A stretch of 44,371 bases of DNA from Patescibacteria group bacterium (GCA_016784145.1 JADHVF010000002.1:178357-222727); one strand, 5' to 3'. Positions 25,078 to 34,458 are shown, counted from the first letter of the stretch. Program-made: numbers and translations. The notes: generated by a model from the letters alone, not told the origin.

Positions 25078-27192
25078 TTAAGATAAAATAAAATCACATT
25101 CTTTGTTGCTACATTTTATTTTCTTACCATTTTTTGTTAACAAGCTACCACATTTTTCACATTTTTTATCAATTGGTTCATTCCATAAAGCAAAATCACA
25201 TTTAGGCCAGCTAGGGCAGCCAAAGAAAAATCTTCCTTTTCTGGTTTTTTTCTTCACAATTTCATTTTTTTGACATTTAGGACATTTAATACCAGTGCCA
25301 TTATTTTCTTTTGATTTATTGTCTTTTCCTTTTAGGTTCTCTGTAAATTTACATTTTGGAAAACCAGCACAAGCAATGAACTTTCCAAATCGGCCCATCT
25401 TGATAATTAATAATTCTCCACATTTTGGGCATTTCTTGTCAGTTTTTTCATCAAATGATTTTTTAGCCACTTCTTCTTCTTTTTTGTCTAGATTTTTTTT
25501 AAATGGTTTGTAAAAGTCTTTTATCATTTTCATATAATTTATTTCATTATTAGCTATTTTATCTAAATCTTCTTCCATTTTAGCAGTAAATTCATAATTG
25601 ACAATGTCAGGAAAATGCTTGATTAAGAAATTATTTACTAATTCACCTATTTCAGTGGGGCGAAATCTTTTGTCTTCTCTGGTTACATAATTTCTTAATT
25701 GAATTGTTGAAATTATTGGAGAATAAGTTGATGGTCTGCCAATACCATATTTTTCTAATGTTTTAATTAAACTTGCTTCAGTATATCTTGGCAAAGGTTC
25801 TGTAAAATGTTGTTTGTTGTTTATTTTTAAAAGTTTTAATGTTTCATCTATTTTTATATTTGGTAATATAATTTGTTTCATTTTATCTGGATATAGTTTT
25901 AGCCAGCCAGCAAATTTTATACTTGATCCAGAAGTTTTTAGTTCGTATTTTGTTTGTTTTTTTAAAGCTTGTATTTTTATAGTAGCAGTATTAATTCTTG
26001 CTTCAGTCATTTGAGAAGCAACTGCTTTTCTCCAAATTAAGTCATATAACTTGTATTGATTGTTGTCCAAGTATTGTTTTATTTTATCAGGAGTATTAGT
26101 ACAATCAGTTGGTCTAATTGCTTCGTGAGCTTCTTGAGCTGTTTTTTTATTTGTTTTATATCTTGTCAATTTACTATATTCACTGCCGTATTTGTTTAAA
26201 ATATATTCTTTTGTTTGTTTTAGAAAATCTTCTGACAGGTTGAGAGAGTCTGTTCTTAGATATGTAATTAAACCAGCTGCTTGTTTTCCTTCTAATGGTA
26301 TTCCTTCATAAAGTTTTTGGGCCACAAACATTGTTTTTTTTACTGAAAAACCTAATTCTTGATTTGCTCGTTGTTGCAAGGTAGAAGTCTTAAAAGGGGG
26401 AGTGGTATATTTGTTTTTATCTTTATCTTTAATGTCTAAAACTTTGTATTCTGCCTTGATTAGGTCTTGTTTAATCTCGTCTGCTTGTTTAGTTGTTTTA
26501 ATATCTAGTTTGGCAATCCTGACATCATCTTTTTTTATGAGGTTTGCCAAAAACTCTGTTTTATCATTAGTTGTTCCTTGTAACAAGGCCTCAATTGACC
26601 AATATTCCGTTGGTATGAATTTAGCTATTTCTGTTTCTCTTTCAACTATTAACCTGACTGTTGGTGATTGAACTCGTCCGGCTGAGAGCCCTTTGGTTAT
26701 TTTTTTCCATAAAAATGGAGATAATTTGTAGCCAACTAATCTATCTAATATTCGTCGAGTTTGTTGAGCATTAACCATGGCCATATTAATTTCAGTTGGA
26801 TTTTTAATGGCTTGTTTAATGGCTGATTTTGTAATTTCATGAAAAGCAATTCTAAAAAATGTCTTGTCTTTTATTTTCTTTTTTTGACTATGTGTTTTTA
26901 GAATTTCATAAATATGCCAGGCAATTGCTTCTCCTTCTCTATCCTCGTCTGTGGCTAAATAAACATCATCAGCTTTTTCAAATATTTTTTTTAATTTGGT
27001 GACGTGTTTTGACTTTTTTCTAGGAATAACATATTTTATTTCAAAATCATCTGTTTCATCAATATCAATCCCTAAATTTCCTTTAGGAAGATCTCTTATG
27101 TGTCCATTAGATGATTCAACTATAAAATTATTACCTAAAAAACGGCTGATTGTTCTGGCTTTGGTTGGCGATTCTACAATTACTAGTTTCAT
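25078..27192 (-). CDS. topA: DNA topoisomerase I
   Basis: 704 aa with a TOPRIM N-terminus (MKLVIVESPTKA, ATDEDREGEAI), the catalytic Tyr region GLITYLRTDS, and four C-terminal Cys4 zinc ribbons (CPKCG..C.GFPKC, CPKCQ..C..WPKC, CEKCG..C..C). Confidence 0.95.
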   Translation of the reverse strand: MKLVIVESPTKARTISRFLGNNFIVESSNGHIRDLPKGNLGIDIDETDDFEIKYVIPRKKSKHVTKLKKIFEKADDVYLATDEDREGEAIAWHIYEILKTHSQKKKIKDKTFFRIAFHEITKSAIKQAIKNPTEINMAMVNAQQTRRILDRLVGYKLSPFLWKKITKGLSAGRVQSPTVRLIVERETEIAKFIPTEYWSIEALLQGTTNDKTEFLANLIKKDDVRIAKLDIKTTKQADEIKQDLIKAEYKVLDIKDKDKNKYTTPPFKTSTLQQRANQELGFSVKKTMFVAQKLYEGIPLEGKQAAGLITYLRTDSLNLSEDFLKQTKEYILNKYGSEYSKLTRYKTNKKTAQEAHEAIRPTDCTNTPDKIKQYLDNNQYKLYDLIWRKAVASQMTEARINTATIKIQALKKQTKYELKTSGSSIKFAGWLKLYPDKMKQIILPNIKIDETLKLLKINNKQHFTEPLPRYTEASLIKTLEKYGIGRPSTYSPIISTIQLRNYVTREDKRFRPTEIGELVNNFLIKHFPDIVNYEFTAKMEEDLDKIANNEINYMKMIKDFYKPFKKNLDKKEEEVAKKSFDEKTDKKCPKCGELLIIKMGRFGKFIACAGFPKCKFTENLKGKDNKSKENNGTGIKCPKCQKNEIVKKKTRKGRFFFGCPSWPKCDFALWNEPIDKKCEKCGSLLTKNGKKIKCSNKECDFILS

Positions 27193-27203
27193 ATTTCAAT
27201 ATC

Positions 27204-27232
27204 TTGACTTTTTTAAATTTTTTTGCTATATT
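27204..27232 (+). promoter_or_regulatory. Candidate sigma70-type promoter (TTGACT-17-TATATT)
   Basis: The -35 is at 27204-27209 and the -10 at 27227-27232. It lies in the divergent topA / 94-aa ORF intergenic region. Confidence 0.5.
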
Positions 27233-27297
27233 ATTTAATAAGTAGTGATAAGTAAATTTATTAAATCACAAAACAAAAAAAAACACAAGGAGGAGAG

Positions 27298-27582
27298 ATG
27301 TTTAAAATTCAAAAAGTGATAAGAAATGATAATGGAATAGTTACTGATATAGAGACGGTTTTTAATGATTACCTCACAGTTAGATGCGTGTTTGATTATG
27401 AGAAGGAAAAAGTAGTAATTGCTTCAAGAGTTGTTCCTGATGAAGTTTTGCAGAGTTATGATGTTCTCAAGCTTACGCCAAAACAAAAAGGTGAATTATA
27501 CAAAGTTTGTAGAGGAATTTTTGAAGCAAGCTTTAAAGAAAAGAGCAATCCAGCCCAATTAGATTTATTTCTTAACACTTAA
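27298..27582 (+). CDS. Hypothetical soluble protein (94 aa), no recognisable family
   Basis: A near-consensus RBS (AAGGAGGAGAG) sits immediately upstream of the ATG. The ORF has its own promoter and terminator candidates. There is no TM segment and no motif I recognise. Confidence 0.5.
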   Translation: MFKIQKVIRNDNGIVTDIETVFNDYLTVRCVFDYEKEKVVIASRVVPDEVLQSYDVLKLTPKQKGELYKVCRGIFEASFKEKSNPAQLDLFLNT

Positions 27583-27592
27583 TCCAAACAAT

Positions 27593-27626
27593 AGGCGCTC
27601 ATTTAAAAATGGGCGCTTTGTCTTTT
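27593..27626 (+). terminator. Candidate rho-independent terminator
   Basis: A 9-bp stem (AGGCGCTCA 27593-27601 / TGGGCGCTT 27610-27618, with two G-U pairs) and an 8-nt loop, followed by TGTCTTTT. Confidence 0.45.
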
Positions 27627-27652
27627 CACCCAAAACAATGTATAATAAAAAT

Positions 27653-28726
27653 ATGAAAATAATATTAGTGGGAGGTGGCACGGGCGGTTCGGTTGCTCCT
27701 TTAATTGCCATTGCTAAACAAATAAAAAAAATTAATTTTAGAGCAGAGTTTTTGTTTGTTGGCACCAAACAAGGAATTCCTGAGAAACAAATGGTTGGTT
27801 TTGTGGACATTCCATATAAGTCAATTTTCTCAGGCAAGTTAAGGAGATATTTTAGTTTTAAAAATATTATTGACCCCTTTTTTATAATAATGGGTTTCAT
27901 CCAGTCAATTTTTATTATATTAAAATACAAGCCAGTTATTATTTTAAGCGCAGGCGGGTTTGTGGCCGTGCCATTGTCTTGGGCTGGCTGGTTATTAAGA
28001 AAGCAGATTTTTATTCATCAGCAAGATGTTTTGCCTGGTTTGGCAAATAAATTAATATCATTAATAGCCACCAAAATAACAGTTAGTTTAGACAAATCAT
28101 TGAATGACTTTAATAATAAGAAAACAGTTTTAACAGGTAATCCGGTTAGAGATTTTATATTACAAGGTAGCAAAGATAAAGCAATTGAATTTTTTAATTT
28201 AAAAAATGATTTGCCTGTTTTATTAGTTATTTCAGGTGGTACTGGCTCTGATAAGATAAATAGAACAATTTTTACAGCCGTGCCTGAATTGACAAAATTC
28301 TGTCAAATAATTCATATTACTGGTAAAAAGTATGATAAAATTCCATATCATTCTAATTATCATCAATATAAGTTTTTAAATAAACAAATGCCAGATGCTT
28401 ATGCTGGAGCAGATTTAATTATTTCGCGGGCTGGCATGGGTGTTTTAACAGAAGTTAGTGTTTTGGCAAAGCCAGTTATCATAATTCCTATTCCTAATTC
28501 TCATCAGGAAAATAATGCTGAATATTTTTTTAATAAAAATGCTGGCTGGCTTTTACCTCAGTCAAAATTAAGTGCTAACGCAATCACAGACAAGGTAAGG
28601 TCTTTATTGTCTGCCAAAGAGGAGTTATTTCTTAAGAGCAGGAATATAGCTAAAATAAATAATAGTCAATCATCTAGAAAAATAGCAGAATTAATTCTTA
28701 AAACATATGCCCAAAAAAAGAATTAA
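27653..28726 (+). CDS. murG: UDP-GlcNAc:undecaprenyl-PP-MurNAc-pentapeptide GlcNAc transferase MurG
   Basis: The ORF track starts at 27638. The preferred start is MKIILVGGGTGGSVAPL at 27653, the canonical MurG N-terminus. Supporting motifs are GGTGS and SRAGMGVLTE..P.I.IP...HQ..NA. Confidence 0.85.
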   Translation: MKIILVGGGTGGSVAPLIAIAKQIKKINFRAEFLFVGTKQGIPEKQMVGFVDIPYKSIFSGKLRRYFSFKNIIDPFFIIMGFIQSIFIILKYKPVIILSAGGFVAVPLSWAGWLLRKQIFIHQQDVLPGLANKLISLIATKITVSLDKSLNDFNNKKTVLTGNPVRDFILQGSKDKAIEFFNLKNDLPVLLVISGGTGSDKINRTIFTAVPELTKFCQIIHITGKKYDKIPYHSNYHQYKFLNKQMPDAYAGADLIISRAGMGVLTEVSVLAKPVIIIPIPNSHQENNAEYFFNKNAGWLLPQSKLSANAITDKVRSLLSAKEELFLKSRNIAKINNSQSSRKIAELILKTYAQKKN

Positions 28727-30089
28727 TTTAAATAAAATTAAAAAAGTTTATTTTGTAGGCATGGGTGGTATTGGTCTTAGCGCTCTGGCTAAAATGATGC
28801 TTCAACAAAATAAACTTGTAGTTGGTGCTGACATTTCATCATCAGCCACAAGCAAAGAAATAGCTAACTTAGGAGCAAAGGTTTATAGTCATCATAAAGG
28901 GGTTAATGTAACAAAAGATGTAGATTGTTTGATTTATTCTTCAGCCGTGCCAATTAATAACCCTGAAAGACAAATGGCCAGGAAGTTTAATCTTCCTTGT
29001 TTTTCTTATACAGAATTTTTAGGAGAATTAAGTAAAGAAAAATTTACTATTGCTATTTCTGGCACAAATGGCAAAAGCACGGTTACTTCAATGTTGGGTC
29101 TTGTGCTAGTTAAGGGAAAATTAGATCCAACCGTTATAGTTGGTAGTCAGATTTTTTCATGGCAGAGCAATTTTAGGCAGGGTAATTCAAATTATTTTTT
29201 AGTTGAAGCTTGTGAATACAAGGCCAATATGTTAAATCTTTATCCAAATATTATAGTTTTGACTAATATAGAAGCAGACCATCTTGATTTTTATAAAGAC
29301 ATCAATCACATTGTTCGTGTTTTTCAAACATATATCAATAATCTTCCTAAAAATGGAATTTTAATTTTAAATTCGGATGATTATTATTTATCAAAATTAA
29401 AAATAGCTAGACAAGTAATAACTTATGGCATCAAAAATAAATCAGATGTAATGGCTAAAAATATTAAAACTGGTAATGGCTGGCAAGAGTTTGATTTATG
29501 CACTGATAATCAATCAAATAAAATAAGAATAAAAGTGCCAGGTAGGTTTAATATTTATAATTGTTTGGCAACAATTGCGACGGCTTTGTATTTTAATATA
29601 GATAAGAAAATCATCATAAAAACATTGACTAATTTTAATGGTATTTGGAGAAGGTTTGAAAGGGTAGGGGAAAGAGACAAAGCAATTATTATTTCTGATT
29701 ATGCTCATCATCCAACCTCCATTGAATCAACCATTGCTTCAACCAAAGAGTTTTATCCTAATAAAAGAATCTTTGTTATTTTCCAACCACATCATCATAA
29801 TAGGACAAAGAAATTATTTAATGAGTTTAAGCAAAGTTGTTTGGGTGCGGATTTTTTAATTATTCCAGAGATTTATAATGTGACTGGAAGAGAGCAATCA
29901 AAACATAAAATAAGTTCAGTTGATTTAGTTAAAGCAATCAAACAAGTTCAGCCTGATAAAAATGTTTTTTATGCTAAAGATTTAAAAATTGCCAAGCAAT
30001 TAACATTAAAAAATATCAAAAAAAATGACATTGTTTTAATTATGGGAGCGGGAGACATAGATGATTTAGCTAGAGATTTAGTAAAATAA
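28707..30089 (+). CDS. murC: UDP-N-acetylmuramate--L-alanine ligase MurC
   Basis: 460 aa with VYFVGMGGIGLSALA, the P-loop ISGTNGKSTVTSM, a Mur ligase middle domain (NIEADHLDFY) and DYAHHPTSIEST. Confidence 0.85.
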   Translation: MPKKRINLNKIKKVYFVGMGGIGLSALAKMMLQQNKLVVGADISSSATSKEIANLGAKVYSHHKGVNVTKDVDCLIYSSAVPINNPERQMARKFNLPCFSYTEFLGELSKEKFTIAISGTNGKSTVTSMLGLVLVKGKLDPTVIVGSQIFSWQSNFRQGNSNYFLVEACEYKANMLNLYPNIIVLTNIEADHLDFYKDINHIVRVFQTYINNLPKNGILILNSDDYYLSKLKIARQVITYGIKNKSDVMAKNIKTGNGWQEFDLCTDNQSNKIRIKVPGRFNIYNCLATIATALYFNIDKKIIIKTLTNFNGIWRRFERVGERDKAIIISDYAHHPTSIESTIASTKEFYPNKRIFVIFQPHHHNRTKKLFNEFKQSCLGADFLIIPEIYNVTGREQSKHKISSVDLVKAIKQVQPDKNVFYAKDLKIAKQLTLKNIKKNDIVLIMGAGDIDDLARDLVK

Positions 30090-30106
30090 ATATTTATCCA
30101 CAATTT

Positions 30107-30133
30107 TTAGCACTCTAGCTTGACGAGTGCTAA
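30107..30133. promoter_or_regulatory. CIRCE operator (perfect TTAGCACTC-N9-GAGTGCTAA), HrcA binding site
   Basis: TTAGCACTC lies at 30107-30115, the 9-nt spacer tagcttgac follows, and GAGTGCTAA lies at 30125-30133, immediately upstream of hrcA. TTGACG (30120-30125) plus a 16-nt spacer plus TATAAT (30142-30147) form an overlapping promoter candidate. Confidence 0.9.
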
Positions 30134-30154
30134 TTATATGTTATAATGTTTTTA

Positions 30155-30880
30155 ATGAAAAAAAGAAGAGAAGAAATTCTAAAATTAATTACAGAAGAAT
30201 ATATAAAAACAGCACAACCAATTGGGTCTGATTATCTTTTTAATAAATTTAAAATAAAAGTAAGTCCAGCCACAATCAGAAATGAGATGATAGCGTTAGC
30301 CAAGAAAGATTATATTTACCAACCCTATACTTCAGCTGGTCGGGTGCCGACTATTAAAGGATTTAAGTATTATGTAGAAAAATTAATTTTTTCTAAAACA
30401 GGAGAAGAAATAGCTATTCCAAAACTTTCCAAAAAAGAATTAAATATTTTGGCTAATATAATAAAGCAAGATGTTTTAAACCAAGCTTTGATGAAAACAA
30501 TTATCAGAAAAATGGCTTTAATGTCTAATGAATTAAGTTTTCTATCAATTGATAATGATTTTTTCTTTTACACGGGCTTGAGTCACTTGTTTAATCAGCC
30601 AGAGTTTTACGAATCAAACGCGGTTTGTGATATTTCAAATATAATTGACCATTTAGATAAAATAGTGATAAATATTTCTGATTCAATGGAACAAGAAACA
30701 GAAATATTTATAGGTAGAAAAAATTTACTTGATGATTTTTGTAGTGCTGTTTTAACTAACTTTTCATCTACTAATAGTAATAAACAAATTTTAATTGGTA
30801 TTCTGGGCCCGACTAGAATGGATTATGGCAAGAATATAGCTTTAATAAATGAAGTTAAAGGGATGTTTTTTAATATATAA
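30155..30880 (+). CDS. hrcA: Heat-inducible transcription repressor HrcA (short form, ~241 aa)
   Basis: The ORF track starts at 30146. The preferred start is MKKRREEILKLI at 30155, downstream of the -10 box. The N-terminal winged-helix signature is PIGSDYL..VSPATIRNEMIALAKKDYIYQPYTSAGRVPTIKGFKYYV. Confidence 0.8.
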   Translation: MKKRREEILKLITEEYIKTAQPIGSDYLFNKFKIKVSPATIRNEMIALAKKDYIYQPYTSAGRVPTIKGFKYYVEKLIFSKTGEEIAIPKLSKKELNILANIIKQDVLNQALMKTIIRKMALMSNELSFLSIDNDFFFYTGLSHLFNQPEFYESNAVCDISNIIDHLDKIVINISDSMEQETEIFIGRKNLLDDFCSAVLTNFSSTNSNKQILIGILGPTRMDYGKNIALINEVKGMFFNI

Positions 30881-30888
30881 AAGTTTTT

Positions 30889-31356
30889 ATGACAAGCAAA
30901 GAAAAACAAACAAGCAAGACCACAGCTAAAATAGCTAAACTAGAACAAGAAAAAGAGCAATATCTTAATGGCTGGAGAAGAACAAAAGCAGATTATATGA
31001 ACAGAGAAAAAGAGATAGCAAAAGAAAAAGAAAATTGGATAAAATTTGCTAATTCAGAATTAATTTTAGATTTGTTGCCAATTTTAGATAGTTTTGATGG
31101 TCTTTTAAAGGATTATTCAAACACAGTCAAACAAGAAAAATGGGTTAAAGGCATAAAGCAGATTAAAAAACAATTAGAAGATTTTTTAAAAAAACAAGGA
31201 ATAACTAGAATAAAAACAAACGGAGAGGAATTTGACCCTCTTTATCATGAAGCAGTAGGTAAAGTAGGTGATTTAGGGAAGATAGACAAAGAAGTTCAAG
31301 CAGGTTATCTAGTAAAGGGAAAAGTAATTCGTTCATCCAAGGTAATTATTAAATAA
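30889..31356 (+). CDS. grpE: Nucleotide exchange factor GrpE (short, 155 aa)
   Basis: Motifs: ..YLNGWRRTKADYMNREKE.., LLPILDSFD, and the C-terminal beta-domain FDPLYHEAV..V.AGY...GKVIRSSKV. Confidence 0.8.
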   Translation: MTSKEKQTSKTTAKIAKLEQEKEQYLNGWRRTKADYMNREKEIAKEKENWIKFANSELILDLLPILDSFDGLLKDYSNTVKQEKWVKGIKQIKKQLEDFLKKQGITRIKTNGEEFDPLYHEAVGKVGDLGKIDKEVQAGYLVKGKVIRSSKVIIK

Positions 31357-31451
31357 AATAAATTAATTAATTGTATCTAACTACTATTAAAAAATATTCT
31401 GGATGATTTTTCAGACAGGTAGTTATTTATCAAATAAAATGAGGTATATTT

Positions 31452-33332
31452 ATGAGTAAAGTTATTGGTATTGATTTAGGAACTTCAAATTCTGCTGCTT
31501 GTTATATGGAAGCAGGCAAACCAAAAATGATTCCTTCAGCAGAAGGAACAACAATTGTTGGTGGCAAGGCATTCCCATCTTATGTTGCTTTTTCAAAGGA
31601 CGGTGAACTCTTGGTAGGGGAGCCAGCCAGACGACAAGCAATTGCTAATCCAGCCAACACAATTTTTGGAGCTAAAAGGAAAATGGGAACAGATTATAAG
31701 TACAAAATATCTGATAAAGAATACACCCCACAACAAATTTCATCTTTTATTCTTCAAAAAATCAAAAAAGATGCTGAAATGTATTTAGGAGATAAGGTTG
31801 AAAAAGCAGTTATTACTGTGCCAGCTTATTTTAGTGATGCACAACGTCAAGCAACCAAGGATGCTGGCAAAATAGCTGGCTTGGAAGTACTTAGGTTGGT
31901 TAATGAACCAACTGCTGCTTCATTAGCTTATGGGCTTGATAAAGCAAAAGAAAAAGACCAACAAGTGCTTGTTTTTGATTTTGGAGCAGGAACACTTGAT
32001 GTTACAATCATGAATTTTGGTGATGGAGTTTTTGAAGTTAAGTCAACTTCGGGCGATACTAATCTTGGCGGCACAGACATGGATGAAGTTTTAATTGATT
32101 ATATTTCAAGAGAATTCAAACAAGCAGAAGGGGTTGATTTAAAAAATGATAAAATGGCTATGCAGAGAATTAGAGAAGCTGCTGAAAAAGCTAAGATAGA
32201 ACTTTCTTCATCCCTGGAAACAAGCATTAACTTGCCGTTTATTACCGCAGATAATGAAGGACCAAAACATCTTGACATGAAGATAACCAGAGCAAAAATA
32301 GAAGAATTAGTAGACTCAATTGTTCAGAAATGCAATTCATCAATTGAAAAAGCAATTAATGATGCAAAATTAAAGGCAAGTGATATTGAAAAAGTTATTT
32401 TAGTTGGCGGACCAACTAGAATGCCTATTGTCCAAAAATTTATTCAAAATATTTTTGGAGACAAAATAGAGAGAGGCGTTGACCCAATGGAATGTGTAGC
32501 CTCTGGGGCAGCAATTCAGGGAGCAATTTTATCAGGAGATGAAGAAGTAAAAGATGTTTTACTTCTAGATGTTACTCCATTAACCTTGGGCATTGAAACA
32601 TTGGGAGGTGTTTTAACTCCATTGATTGAGAAAAACACCACGGTTCCAACTTCAAAATCTCAAACATTTTCAACGGCTGTTGATAATCAACCATCAGTAG
32701 AAATTCATATCTTACAAGGAGAAAGAGCCATGGCTAAAGATAGTCGAACATTAGGTAGATTTATCTTAGATGGCTTGCCTTCAGCGCCAAGGGCTCTTCC
32801 GCAAATTGAAGTCACTTTTGAACTTGATGCTAATGGAATATTGACTGTGACAGCCAAAGATAAGGCGACTAAAAAAGAACAACATATAACCATTAAGGAT
32901 TCTTCTGCTTTATCTGAAGAAGAGATTGCTAAAATGAAAAAAGAGGCAGATAAATTTGCTACTGAAGATAAAACAAAGAAAGAATTAATTGATTTGAGAA
33001 ATCAAGTTGATGTTTTGATTAGCACATCTGAAAAAGCATTAAAACAGTCAGGAGATAAAGTTAAGGAAGAGGATAAGCAAGAAATTGAAGGAAAAATAAA
33101 AAATTTAAAGGATGTTAAAGACAAGGATGACATTGATGTTATAAAAAAAGCAATTGAAGAATTGAATACTTCAATTCAAAAAATTGGTGAAGCAATATAT
33201 GGCTCTCAACAAACTTCTCCGACTGGAATGCCAGGACAAGATGCAAGCAAAGAACAGGGCAAGAAAAAGGACGAGCAAGAAAACAAGGATAAGAAAGGGC
33301 CAATTGAAGGAGAAGTTGAGGAGAAGAAATAA
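31452..33332 (+). CDS. dnaK: Molecular chaperone DnaK (Hsp70)
   Basis: 626 aa with [63 protein letters not shown] and an acidic/Lys-rich C-terminus. Confidence 0.95.
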   Translation: MSKVIGIDLGTSNSAACYMEAGKPKMIPSAEGTTIVGGKAFPSYVAFSKDGELLVGEPARRQAIANPANTIFGAKRKMGTDYKYKISDKEYTPQQISSFILQKIKKDAEMYLGDKVEKAVITVPAYFSDAQRQATKDAGKIAGLEVLRLVNEPTAASLAYGLDKAKEKDQQVLVFDFGAGTLDVTIMNFGDGVFEVKSTSGDTNLGGTDMDEVLIDYISREFKQAEGVDLKNDKMAMQRIREAAEKAKIELSSSLETSINLPFITADNEGPKHLDMKITRAKIEELVDSIVQKCNSSIEKAINDAKLKASDIEKVILVGGPTRMPIVQKFIQNIFGDKIERGVDPMECVASGAAIQGAILSGDEEVKDVLLLDVTPLTLGIETLGGVLTPLIEKNTTVPTSKSQTFSTAVDNQPSVEIHILQGERAMAKDSRTLGRFILDGLPSAPRALPQIEVTFELDANGILTVTAKDKATKKEQHITIKDSSALSEEEIAKMKKEADKFATEDKTKKELIDLRNQVDVLISTSEKALKQSGDKVKEEDKQEIEGKIKNLKDVKDKDDIDVIKKAIEELNTSIQKIGEAIYGSQQTSPTGMPGQDASKEQGKKKDEQENKDKKGPIEGEVEEKK

Positions 33333-33353
33333 TTAAATTATTACAGACAAAGG

Positions 33354-33381
33354 TCAGGCTCCATTAAGGGGCCTGATTTTT
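33354..33381 (+). terminator. Rho-independent terminator after dnaK
   Basis: A 9-bp stem (TCAGGCTCC 33354-33362 / GGGGCCTGA 33368-33376, one G-U pair) with loop ATTAA, followed by TTTTTATT. Confidence 0.75.
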
Positions 33382-33442
33382 ATTGCGTGAATTCATTTAG
33401 TTGTATTTGACAAAATTGGATTTTTTAATGATGATTAAAGAT

Positions 33443-34378
33443 ATGAAAGAAACAAACATCAACTTAATCTTAAAAACAAAAATAAATGTCAAGATATTAT
33501 GTTTAGTAATATTCTTTTTTCTGTTTGGAATGAATTTTTGGTTGTCATTGTTTAATTTTTTTCAATTAGGCAATAGTAATGTTTTTGGTTTGATTTATTT
33601 AATTTTGAGTTGGTTATCTTGGTTGATTATTTCATCAATATTTTACCTTTTAATAGATAATCGCAAGATTATTTATCCATTTATTTTGGTTGTTTGGGTA
33701 TTTTTCTTTTTTTTCTTTCCTGTTTTTATTTATTTACCTTGGTTGTTGAGCGGATTTATTTTAACAGTATTAGGGTATGAATTAATAAGAAAAGAAAAAA
33801 AACAAAGAATAGATCTTTGCTTAAGGAAAATATATAAAAAAGGGATTGGATTGATTCTTGTTAGTGCTTGTTTGCTTGTTTCAGTAGTATATTATTATAA
33901 TCCATTACTCAAATTAGATCAAAATAAAATAGAAATTCCAGTTGAGTTTACAAGCATGATATTAATGCCAGCGTCTGCATTTATAAATAAAATTATTCCA
34001 ATATATGACCAAGAAGCAACCATAGAAGACATGCTTTCAATAGGAGTAGTGCTAGGGGGGAGCTTGGACTTATCTCTGATTGATGCTAAAAAACAAGAAT
34101 TAAGTGATTCATTGGGAGTTGATATCAAGGGGAATGAAACAATTGATATGCTTATAACAAATATGATCAATTTTCAAATAAACCAATTTGTAGGGCCTTA
34201 CTCCAAAGAAATTTCAGTTGGTATTGCTGTGGCTTTGTTTTTTTTGTTTAAGTTTTTCGGAAAATTTTTATGGTTATTCGGATTTATTATAAGCAAAATA
34301 GTTATTCAAATGCTTTTGTTTTTTAATTTTATTAAAAAGGAGCGCGGTTCCAAATTAGCTGAAGTATTAAAAATTTAA
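33443..34378 (+). CDS. Hypothetical polytopic membrane protein
   Basis: ORF 33401..34378. The start is uncertain; MKETNIN at 33443 is preferred because a TTGACA motif lies at about 33408. It has several TM segments at each end and a ~100-aa central loop, with no motif I recognise. Confidence 0.45.
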   Translation: MKETNINLILKTKINVKILCLVIFFFLFGMNFWLSLFNFFQLGNSNVFGLIYLILSWLSWLIISSIFYLLIDNRKIIYPFILVVWVFFFFFFPVFIYLPWLLSGFILTVLGYELIRKEKKQRIDLCLRKIYKKGIGLILVSACLLVSVVYYYNPLLKLDQNKIEIPVEFTSMILMPASAFINKIIPIYDQEATIEDMLSIGVVLGGSLDLSLIDAKKQELSDSLGVDIKGNETIDMLITNMINFQINQFVGPYSKEISVGIAVALFFLFKFFGKFLWLFGFIISKIVIQMLLFFNFIKKERGSKLAEVLKI

Positions 34379-34387
34379 AAAATAATC

Positions 34388-34416
34388 TTGCTTTTTTTAA
34401 AGTTTTTAAGTATAAT
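34388..34416 (+). promoter_or_regulatory. Candidate sigma70-type promoter for rpsI (TTGCTT-17-TATAAT)
   Basis: The -35 is at 34388-34393 and the consensus -10 TATAAT at 34411-34416, 42 nt upstream of the rpsI ATG. Confidence 0.5.
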
Positions 34417-34458
34417 TATTAATAACTTAATCCATATTATTTTAAATATTATTTATAT

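Noticed and set aside
30094-30102. Perfect DnaA box (TTATCCACA) suggesting an origin of replication.
   Set aside because: I found only this one copy in the window, with no cluster of boxes, no adjacent AT-rich unwinding element and no dnaA/dnaN. By my rough base-composition estimate, a 9-mer like this is expected about once by chance on two strands of a window this size. It is kept only as a side note to the CIRCE finding.
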